Shown here: positions 17,211 through 24,089 of the stretch, piece by piece
Layout of the letters: the number at the start of each line of letters is the position of its first letter
Position numbering within the stretch: position 1 is the stretch's first letter
Assembly (NCBI GenBank): GCA_964388785.1
Contig: CAYMBX010000001.1
Span: 1-60,525 of the forward strand
Length of the DNA stretch: 60,525 bases
Reading direction: 5' to 3'
DNA from: an uncultured Gammaproteobacteria bacterium
GTDB lineage: Bacteria; Patescibacteriota; Patescibacteriia; UBA9934; GWF2-40-263
The notes under the pieces: generated by a model
Told to the model about the DNA's origin: nothing
Databases searched by the model: none
Seen by the model: only the letters and a program-made list of their open reading frames with translations
Made by a program: the position numbers and the translations under genes

Positions 17211-17225
17211 TCCAAGGAGACAGAC

Positions 17226-17678
17226 GTGAGCCACTACCGAAATCCTACCCCCGTCGTGGTCGTCATCCAGCCTGTGCGCCGACTTGATGGGAGTTCGGGT
17301 GTCATCCTCGTCCGACGAACCATCGAACCCGCCAAGGGTGAGCTGGTTCTGCCAGGCGGCTACCAAGTGATCGAGGACTGGCGGGATGCCGGCGCACGCG
17401 AACTTTTGCAAGAGGCGAGCATCGAGGTCGATCCTTCGACACTCCGACGATTCGGCTACGAGTCGACGCCGGACAACAGCAAGATCATCCTGTTCTGCGT
17501 GGCACCCGAGCTCGACGAGCGAGATCTCCCCGCCTTCGAGCCGCTGCCCAACGAATCGGGTGTTGTCGAGACGAGCCAACGGGTCATCGGAACGCTCGAT
17601 GATCTGCACCTCATCCCCTGGTCGCTGCACCAGTTCGCGTTTGCACGATTCCTGCGCGGCGATCCGTTCCTCCCCTAA
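17226..17678 (+). CDS. Nudix hydrolase
   Basis: VLPGGYQVIEDWRDAGARELLQEASIEV Nudix box. GTG start with AAGGAG Shine-Dalgarno. Confidence 0.7.
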   Translation: MSHYRNPTPVVVVIQPVRRLDGSSGVILVRRTIEPAKGELVLPGGYQVIEDWRDAGARELLQEASIEVDPSTLRRFGYESTPDNSKIILFCVAPELDERDLPAFEPLPNESGVVETSQRVIGTLDDLHLIPWSLHQFAFARFLRGDPFLP

Positions 17679-17699
17679 CTCCCCTGCGGGAGTTTTTTG
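17678..17699 (+). terminator. Rho-independent terminator
   Basis: ACTCCC-ctgc-GGGAGT followed by TTTTTT. Confidence 0.75.
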
Positions 17700-17743
17700 T
17701 TTTCCTTCTCTTCATAACTCCAGTCCGGACGTTCATCTGCCTT

Positions 17744-17785
17744 GCCGAAGGGAACAACGGTGATGAGTCCGTTGGCCCGAAGGCA
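17744..17785. repeat. REP-like element, family 2 copy (GCCGAAGGGAACAACGG-N8-CCGTTGGCCCGAAGGCA)
   Basis: Near-identical to 1393..1433. Lies between convergent genes. Confidence 0.75.
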
Positions 17786-17819
17786 GGGCAGACGAACGAA
17801 CAACATAAAAAGGACGCTT

Positions 17820-19160
17820 TCACGTCCAAGAAAAAAGATCGCCGCCGGTCTTTTTCGAAAAATCGACGTAACGATCAACGAAGTTGATGACGCACGCGGC
17901 GTCTACGTCGCGGTGAAACGCAATGTTGGGTCCGTGTCCGTCGAGCTGCACCGCGTAGATGCCGGGTTCGATCTCGCGCATGTTGGAGGCGGTGTTGAAT
18001 CCACATTCGTTCGAACCGCATTCAAACGGTTTCTGGCTCGCCGTCGGGATCATCTGCTCGCCTTCGCGCGTGAGCGGACAGTGCACATGCACGATCGCAT
18101 GGACCTTGTCAGCAAACCGTTCGTAGATTTGCTGCTGGGTGTGTTCGCCGACCGAGGGTCGAGCGCCCGCCGCGATGATGCTTCCATCCTCATCGCCAAA
18201 GATCTTTGCCATGCCGTCCTCGAGCACACGGTTGTGATCGGTCTTGCGCACCGAACTCACACGTACGTACGGCTCGCCATCGACAAAGCATCCGAAGTGC
18301 CCGCTCGTTTTTCCGAGAAACGATTTGAAGCCGCCACGTGCGATCAGATGCTCGAGCACCGGAACGAAGTTCTGCGGAATCTTGCCCTGCGCATACAGTT
18401 CACGAACATTCGCCCTCTCGCCTTCCCGCATCGTGGTACGCACGAAGGTGAGTTTGGTACGATCTGCGATCATCTCACAAAGCAGATCGAGTGCTTCACC
18501 TCGCGATGAAGTCGCGTACGGAAATTCCTCTGGGGTCACCACGAGGTTCGTGTGACGCACCACGTCGTTTGCGAGCACGAGGTTTGCACTGTTCCTCTTG
18601 AGGAGCTTCAGTCCGCGCGCGTACGTCTCCTGTTCACTCTGTCCGGCCGTCGTTTTGAACGCGACCAGAAAGATGTCTTTGCGCGTACGACGAACCGTTG
18701 TAAGCAACTTCTCGCTGGGAACGATCGTAAGCGTGTGTTCACGATCGGACGACAGACGCGGATGTATGTGCTTGCCGAAGACAGTTGGATCCGTGTAGGT
18801 CGGAGTGATCTGCAATGGTTCGAAATCGCACACGGCCGCGGCAGCGATGATGCAACGCGTCGATGGGTCTGTTGCGAGATGTGTCAGCAGAGCTTCCAAA
18901 TCCTCGTTGGTGACCAGGTCATGGATACCGACTTTCGCGAACAGCTCTTCGTCTTCTTGTGCACGATCCCATCCTCCCTGTGCCATGCGTGTGAGGACCA
19001 GGCGAACTTCCGCGCCCTCGTGCCCGGCCCTGATAAGGGCACCCGGCAGTCGACCTACAAGCTCACGTCCAACTTTGCCGAACGCCGGTGCGGAAAGCGC
19101 GAAATGCGGCGAGACGTGGTTGAACGTTCCACCCGCAATGACGTAATACACACATTTCAT
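17820..19160 (-). CDS. Fusion protein: phosphopantothenate-cysteine-ligase-like (DFP/CoaB fold) N-domain plus class II aldolase/adducin-like C-domain
   Basis: N-domain: VIAGGTFNHVSPHFALSAPAFGKVG and AAAVCDF (compare the CoaB patterns TAGGT..PID and AAAVaDy). C-domain: GKTSGHFG, ARPSVGEHTQQQIYERFADKVHAIVHVHCP, LDGHGPN (class II aldolase pattern PSsE..H..iY...aivHtH). AGGAGG Shine-Dalgarno. Confidence 0.6.
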   Translation of the reverse strand: MKCVYYVIAGGTFNHVSPHFALSAPAFGKVGRELVGRLPGALIRAGHEGAEVRLVLTRMAQGGWDRAQEDEELFAKVGIHDLVTNEDLEALLTHLATDPSTRCIIAAAAVCDFEPLQITPTYTDPTVFGKHIHPRLSSDREHTLTIVPSEKLLTTVRRTRKDIFLVAFKTTAGQSEQETYARGLKLLKRNSANLVLANDVVRHTNLVVTPEEFPYATSSRGEALDLLCEMIADRTKLTFVRTTMREGERANVRELYAQGKIPQNFVPVLEHLIARGGFKSFLGKTSGHFGCFVDGEPYVRVSSVRKTDHNRVLEDGMAKIFGDEDGSIIAAGARPSVGEHTQQQIYERFADKVHAIVHVHCPLTREGEQMIPTASQKPFECGSNECGFNTASNMREIEPGIYAVQLDGHGPNIAFHRDVDAACVINFVDRYVDFSKKTGGDLFSWT

Positions 19161-19281
19161 GGATCCCTCCTTTTTAAGGATCTGTGGGGAGAGTACTACG
19201 CTGAGATGTCAAAGAACAGATCTGTTTATCAAATCAGATTGACAGTCGTATCCTCGATCGGTAAAACGTCGAAGGCGATAA

Positions 19282-19296
19282 GTTGGCCCGGAGGCA
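19282..19296. repeat. Partial family-2 REP copy (GTTGGCCCGGAGGCA)
   Basis: Identical to the 3' half of the 1393..1433 element. Confidence 0.5.
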
Positions 19297-19324
19297 GAGT
19301 GTCACCCTGGTGAAAGGAAAACCT

Positions 19325-20539
19325 ATGAACCCATCGGAGCGCATTGCGCGCAATCCGCGCCTGCTCTTTTGGGGACGGGCGCTCTATGAAACAAAAATGC
19401 TCAACGCCGTGATTGTGTTGTTTTATCTCCACCGCGGTCTTGGACTCGATCACGTCTTCTACATGAGTATTGTGTGGTCGCTCACCGCGCTGGTGGCGGA
19501 AATCCCGTCCGGGTATCTTGCCGATCGCATCGGCCGCAAGCGCACGCTCATCCTGGGCGTTCTTCTGCTCATCGCCTCTCACGTGGTTACGTTCTTTGCT
19601 GTTGGCCTCTGGCCGTTCATGGTCGTGTTTGTGCTTATGTCCGCTTCATATGCATGCTTCTCGGGAACAGAGGAAGCACTGCTTTATGAGAGCCTTGCGG
19701 AAACGAAAAACGAACACGACATGAATGACCGAAACGGCAAGCAACTCTCCGCACGTTCGCTTTCCGCGATTTTCCTACCTGCGATCGGCGCGTTAATCGC
19801 GCATGACTTGCTCGAATGGCAATTCCAACTTCTCATCGTGTTGAACCTAGTTGGGACGCTTGCGGCCCTCGTCATCTTGAACCGTCTTGAGGAACCGACG
19901 GCTCGGCAGAGTGTTGCCACCCGAGAAATCAGCATCTTCAGGCAAAGTCTTCGAACCATCAAAAATGATCCATGGCTCCTGAAAGTCACGCTCAACAAAT
20001 TGCTCGTGTTCATTGCCGCCTTCCTGACTTGGCGCATTTCACAGCCGTACTTGAACGCTCACGGATTCGGAGCCGAAGCATTGGGAATCTTCTACGTATC
20101 CTTCCAAATCCTCGAGTTTGCAGGTGGTTGGTTCGCGGGAAAAATCGAAAAACGAGTGGGAACTGCGAGCGTCCTGCTGGCAACCCCACTCGTCATGATC
20201 GGTTCGCTTCTCGTTTCTATCTTCACGACAAACGTCTGGATCATCTTTGCCGCTCTTGCGCTCGCGATCTCGGCAAACGCGTTTCGCGAACCGGTCTTCG
20301 CACACGCGGTCAATGCGCGCATTCACTCGGACAGCCGCGCCACCACTCTGTCCAATCTCAACGTTCTCAAGGGATTGCTCGATATCCCTGTTCTGTTTCT
20401 TGCAGGATACTTCGCACAGACAACGCTCACGTTTCCGCTCATTCTTGCAATCGCTCTGTGTGGAGTTTCCATCGTCTTGCTACCGATTCGTCAACAGGAA
20501 CTCGTAGCAACAAAAGAGAGTGTAGCCGCTACCCCTTAG
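19325..20539 (+). CDS. MFS transporter
   Basis: About 12 predicted hydrophobic helices and the loop 2-3 motif GYLADRIGRKRT. Start at ATG 19325 after AAAGGAAA. Confidence 0.8.
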   Translation: MNPSERIARNPRLLFWGRALYETKMLNAVIVLFYLHRGLGLDHVFYMSIVWSLTALVAEIPSGYLADRIGRKRTLILGVLLLIASHVVTFFAVGLWPFMVVFVLMSASYACFSGTEEALLYESLAETKNEHDMNDRNGKQLSARSLSAIFLPAIGALIAHDLLEWQFQLLIVLNLVGTLAALVILNRLEEPTARQSVATREISIFRQSLRTIKNDPWLLKVTLNKLLVFIAAFLTWRISQPYLNAHGFGAEALGIFYVSFQILEFAGGWFAGKIEKRVGTASVLLATPLVMIGSLLVSIFTTNVWIIFAALALAISANAFREPVFAHAVNARIHSDSRATTLSNLNVLKGLLDIPVLFLAGYFAQTTLTFPLILAIALCGVSIVLLPIRQQELVATKESVAATP

Positions 20540-20550
20540 CGGCTTTTTTC
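20524..20550 (+). terminator. Rho-independent terminator
   Basis: AGCCGCT-loop-AGCGGCT followed by TTTTTT, overlapping the MFS stop. Confidence 0.7.
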
Positions 20551-20720
20551 TTCGGCAAATTTTTTCGTTTCGTCTGTGCGATCTCGCGCAACTGCTGCGT
20601 ATTCATGGATTCATGCATTTGTTTAGATGCTCCACGTAGCTCAAAAACTTTTTTCTCTCCTTTCTTCGCCGAAAGCGCCGCTGCCGCTGCCATTTGTTGC
20701 TGTTTGGATCGTGCCGTCAT
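20529..20720 (-). CDS. Small basic protein, DUF3008-like
   Basis: 63 aa: KQQQMAAAAALSAKKGEKK...LRGASKQMHESM...LREIAQTKRKNLPKKK. This matches my recollection of the DUF3008 pattern. Confidence 0.5.
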   Translation of the reverse strand: MTARSKQQQMAAAAALSAKKGEKKVFELRGASKQMHESMNTQQLREIAQTKRKNLPKKKAAKG

Positions 20721-20721
20721 A

Positions 20722-20916
20722 TCACACCTCCTCTTCGTTTAGCTTTCTCTCAATTTCTTCCTTACTCTCACCCGTTTTCTCTTTAATCCACCCAACCAAC
20801 GTTTGATAATCCCCTTCGGACTCAAGGATGGGATCATCGCTTAAATCTCCCCAGAGCTTTTTTGCCCGTCCGACGAGCTGGTCCCATCGTCCCTCCCATT
20901 TTTTTGCTTGATTCAT
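20722..20916 (-). CDS. CsbD-family general stress protein
   Basis: 64 aa: KWEGRWDQLVGRAKKLWGDLSDD...EGDYQTLVGWIKEKTGESKEEIERKL, the canonical CsbD pattern. Confidence 0.75.
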   Translation of the reverse strand: MNQAKKWEGRWDQLVGRAKKLWGDLSDDPILESEGDYQTLVGWIKEKTGESKEEIERKLNEEEV

Positions 20917-21077
20917 ATAGGTATTTTTACATGAGTTAAAAATGTTCTCCTGATTTGTGACGGGAGATCACGACCGTTCTTTCTGTCAAAGCCAGGTGAT
21001 AAACACCCTTTGACCGCTCGTTTTTCTTGACGTAAGTTGATATCTCCCAAACATGGGAGAGGACAAGGAGAGGGTCA

Positions 21078-21974
21078 ATGCGCCCACAAATCATTGATGT
21101 CCATGTCCATACGTCCAACCACCCCATGCGGGAACTGCACACGACCGACGCAAGTCTTCCCGCCATCGAGCGGGCGCTGGACGAACACGGGATCGAGCAA
21201 GCGCTCATCCTGGCCACGTACTTTCCATTCAAAGGAACAGGACTTCACAATCGGGAACTGCTCTTACGTCTTGGCGATAACCGCCGGTTCAACGCGATTG
21301 GGAGCCTCGATATGATGAACGCGTTTGAGGCCGGATTCGCTGAGCTGTGCGAACTGTGTGGTTCCGGTCGACTTGTGGGAATCAAGCTGTATCCGGGGTA
21401 CCAAAACTTCCATATGGACGATCCTCGTGTGGTCAGCGTGATCAACCTCGCGCGCATACACAACCTCGCGGTCACGATCCACGGAGGCGAGCTGCATCAC
21501 TGCTGCTCGGCCAGGAGGCGCGCTCAAGGCGATCTCGCCTGCCGCAACAGCTTCTGCTGGATCGATCGGCTCGGTGGACTTGCACATCCAAACGCATTTC
21601 GCGCGACGATCCAACAGTTTCCCGACGTCCGATTTGTGATCGCGCATCTTGCCAACCCGTTCTTCGAGGAACTGCGCGCGCTCATGCGCGATTGTCCCAA
21701 TGTCTACACCGACATCTCGGGACAATTCCTCTCTGGATCGGCCGAAGACACACCGGAATATCGCGAAACCGTCGTTGATGAGATCCTTCGCGTCATCACG
21801 ATGATTCCAAACGGCGCACAACGACTGCTGTTCGGCTCCGACTTTCCCATCCAGTCTTTCGAAGCAACGATCGCGCTGGTGGAAAGTTTGCCGGTTTCCG
21901 ATGAGATCAAGGCGGCTATCTATCGTGACAACGCCTTGCGTGTCTACCCGCAGTTGAAAGGAGAACGTCGATGA
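21078..21974 (+). CDS. Metal-dependent amidohydrolase (TIM-barrel, amidohydrolase_2-like)
   Basis: IIDVHVHT N-terminal HxH, internal H residues, and FGSDFP near the C-terminus. GGAGAGGG Shine-Dalgarno. Confidence 0.7.
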   Translation: MRPQIIDVHVHTSNHPMRELHTTDASLPAIERALDEHGIEQALILATYFPFKGTGLHNRELLLRLGDNRRFNAIGSLDMMNAFEAGFAELCELCGSGRLVGIKLYPGYQNFHMDDPRVVSVINLARIHNLAVTIHGGELHHCCSARRRAQGDLACRNSFCWIDRLGGLAHPNAFRATIQQFPDVRFVIAHLANPFFEELRALMRDCPNVYTDISGQFLSGSAEDTPEYRETVVDEILRVITMIPNGAQRLLFGSDFPIQSFEATIALVESLPVSDEIKAAIYRDNALRVYPQLKGERR

Positions 21975-22657
21975 AAATACTCGTCACCGCAGGACACACG
22001 CGCGAGATGATCGACCGTGTTCGTAGTCTCGAAAACATCTTCTCGGGCAAAACCGGCACTGCGATCGCAGAGGCGTTCGCACGAGCCGGACATGAGGTGG
22101 TTCTGTTCACCTCTTCACCGGAGCTCGTTGATCGCACGATCGGGATCGATGTGTCGAGGTTCAAGTCCTTCGACGAACTCGAGACACTCATGCGCCAGGA
22201 GATCGCGCAGGGCGGCTACGATGTGATCGTGCACTCGGCCGCGGTCGGTGACTACAAGCCGACCGGTCGGCAATTCACGATTGTCGATCCGGATGCAGCA
22301 ATTCCGATCTTCACGGAGCTCCCGCCCCGAGGGAAGATTCCGTCCGGACACACACGGCTGCTCATCGAGCTCGAGCCCACAATCAAGCTCATCGACCTCA
22401 TTCGTGGACCGCTCGGCTTCCAGGGGTTCCTCGTGAAGTTCAAGCTCCAGGTCGACAACGACGCGGGTGAACCCATGAGCGACGAGGAGCTGATCGCGAT
22501 CGCGAGCCGTTCGCGAGAACACTCGGACGCGGACCTCATCGTCGCGAACTGTCTCGCGTGGGCGCGGGATCGCGCGATCATCATCGGGCGCGACAATGTC
22601 CCCGAGCACGTGAGCCGCGAGGAGATCGCCCACGCAATCATGCGGAGGATCGTATGA
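21971..22657 (+). CDS. coaB: Phosphopantothenate-cysteine ligase (monofunctional CoaB)
   Basis: ILVTAGHTREMIDRVRSLENIFSGKTG and HSAAVGDYKP motifs. ATGA overlap with the upstream gene. Confidence 0.8.
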   Translation: MKILVTAGHTREMIDRVRSLENIFSGKTGTAIAEAFARAGHEVVLFTSSPELVDRTIGIDVSRFKSFDELETLMRQEIAQGGYDVIVHSAAVGDYKPTGRQFTIVDPDAAIPIFTELPPRGKIPSGHTRLLIELEPTIKLIDLIRGPLGFQGFLVKFKLQVDNDAGEPMSDEELIAIASRSREHSDADLIVANCLAWARDRAIIIGRDNVPEHVSREEIAHAIMRRIV

Positions 22658-23202
22658 ACATCCTGGTGGGCGTGACGGGTTCTGTGGCGACGATCGTCGT
22701 CAAGAAACTCGTCGATGCGCTCAGCGCGCGCGGTCACGAAGTCCAAGTCGTTGCGACCAAATCTTCCCTCTACTTCTTCGATTCCGATTCGCTCGGGGTG
22801 AAGGTGTGGAAGGACGAGGACGAATGGCCCGGGAATGGCTACGAGCGTGGGCAATCGATCCCGCATATCGAGCTGCGGCGTTGGGCGGACGCGCTGCTCA
22901 TCGCGCCACTGAGCGCTAACACGCTCGGAAAGCTCGCGGGCGGCCTGTGCGATAACCTGCTCACGTGTGTCTTCCGCGCGTGGGATTTCAAAAAGCCGGT
23001 GGTCATCGCCCCGGCTATGAACACGCACATGTGGGAAAGCCCGTTTACTCGTATCCATTTGCGAACACTCGAGGGACTGAGCGCGTTAGGACTCAAGCTC
23101 GTTGTCATCGATCCGATCGCGAAGACACTCGCTTGCGCCGACGTCGGGATAGGCGCGATGGCGGAAGTCGACACGATCGTCTCCTCCGTCAACACACTCT
23201 AA
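22654..23202 (+). CDS. coaC: Phosphopantothenoylcysteine decarboxylase (flavoprotein, CoaC/HFCD family)
   Basis: MNILVGVTGSVA, APLSANTLGKLAGGLCDNLL and APAMNTHMW motifs. ATGA overlap with coaB. Confidence 0.85.
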   Translation: MNILVGVTGSVATIVVKKLVDALSARGHEVQVVATKSSLYFFDSDSLGVKVWKDEDEWPGNGYERGQSIPHIELRRWADALLIAPLSANTLGKLAGGLCDNLLTCVFRAWDFKKPVVIAPAMNTHMWESPFTRIHLRTLEGLSALGLKLVVIDPIAKTLACADVGIGAMAEVDTIVSSVNTL

Positions 23203-23207
23203 CCTCA

Positions 23208-23236
23208 ACTCCGGAACCGATCTCCGGAGTTTTTTA
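23208..23236 (+). terminator. Rho-independent terminator after coaC
   Basis: ACTCCGGA-loop-TCCGGAGT followed by TTTTT. Confidence 0.8.
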
Positions 23237-23240
23237 AACC

Positions 23241-23264
23241 AAAAACCGCCCACCGGCGGTTTTT
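23241..23264. terminator. Bidirectional terminator
   Basis: AAAAACCGCC-cacc-GGCGGTTTTT. Serves the minus-strand gene ending at 23273. Confidence 0.8.
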
Positions 23265-23272
23265 CTTGACGA

Positions 23273-24085
23273 TCAACTGACTCCGATTTCAACCAATTCG
23301 CCTTTCTCATGATCAAGAGCGAAATCGTAGGCCACCTCGCTTGAAGGACGAAAATATGCATGAACGGTGACACTTAAATCATGTTTAGGAGAACCGGCAA
23401 CTGTATGTAAATAAGGCGGGGGACTTTTGTATGTTTTACTGATACCCGCGGGATAGGTCTTCGTTCGTTGTCCCAACAATTTTATCCGTTGATGGCCTCT
23501 CGGGTTTTGTGTCCCATCTGTTCCTGTGGTTATCAAATTCGCGGTGTCGGCGATATACACCGTTTCATCAATTGCCCCTTCATGGACACGCAAGACAACA
23601 GAAGAGTCGGCGTGATCATGAATCTTGGTTTCGCGATCCCACTGCACTGCATCCTTTCCTCTCCATCCAAATAAAAATACGTCTGGCAAATTCCCGATCT
23701 CTCTTAACATAAGTTTTACAACCGGTCGCTTCTCGTACATCTCACGATTCAAAAAATGTTTCGTGATTCTCGAAATGGTTTCCGCGTGTTCCTGCGACAA
23801 ATAGTCGACCATGTCTTTCATTTTTTTTCGATTCCAAACTCCATCCCCCACATGCTCCTTCGCCCAATCAAGTAGCGCAAGACGTAATTCTTTGATCGCT
23901 TCGGCGCGTTCGGCAAACTCAGCTTCGGAAAGACGCTCACCTCGAATCTTTGACGCCGCTTCGCGATCCGATTCTTGAACGAACATTCCCCTGGTCGAAT
24001 CAGACTCCTGCTCTTTCTCTTCTTTTTGCTCAGGAAATCGAAATAACGCAGCCCCTTCAGGTGTATAACCTCGTTCGTAGCACAT
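23273..24085 (-). CDS. Hypothetical protein
   Basis: ORF 23273..24175 trimmed to ATG 24085, which follows the upstream stop (24090) by 2 nt. No motif recognised. Confidence 0.5.
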   Translation of the reverse strand: MCYERGYTPEGAALFRFPEQKEEKEQESDSTRGMFVQESDREAASKIRGERLSEAEFAERAEAIKELRLALLDWAKEHVGDGVWNRKKMKDMVDYLSQEHAETISRITKHFLNREMYEKRPVVKLMLREIGNLPDVFLFGWRGKDAVQWDRETKIHDHADSSVVLRVHEGAIDETVYIADTANLITTGTDGTQNPRGHQRIKLLGQRTKTYPAGISKTYKSPPPYLHTVAGSPKHDLSVTVHAYFRPSSEVAYDFALDHEKGELVEIGVS

Positions 24086-24089
24086 AATT

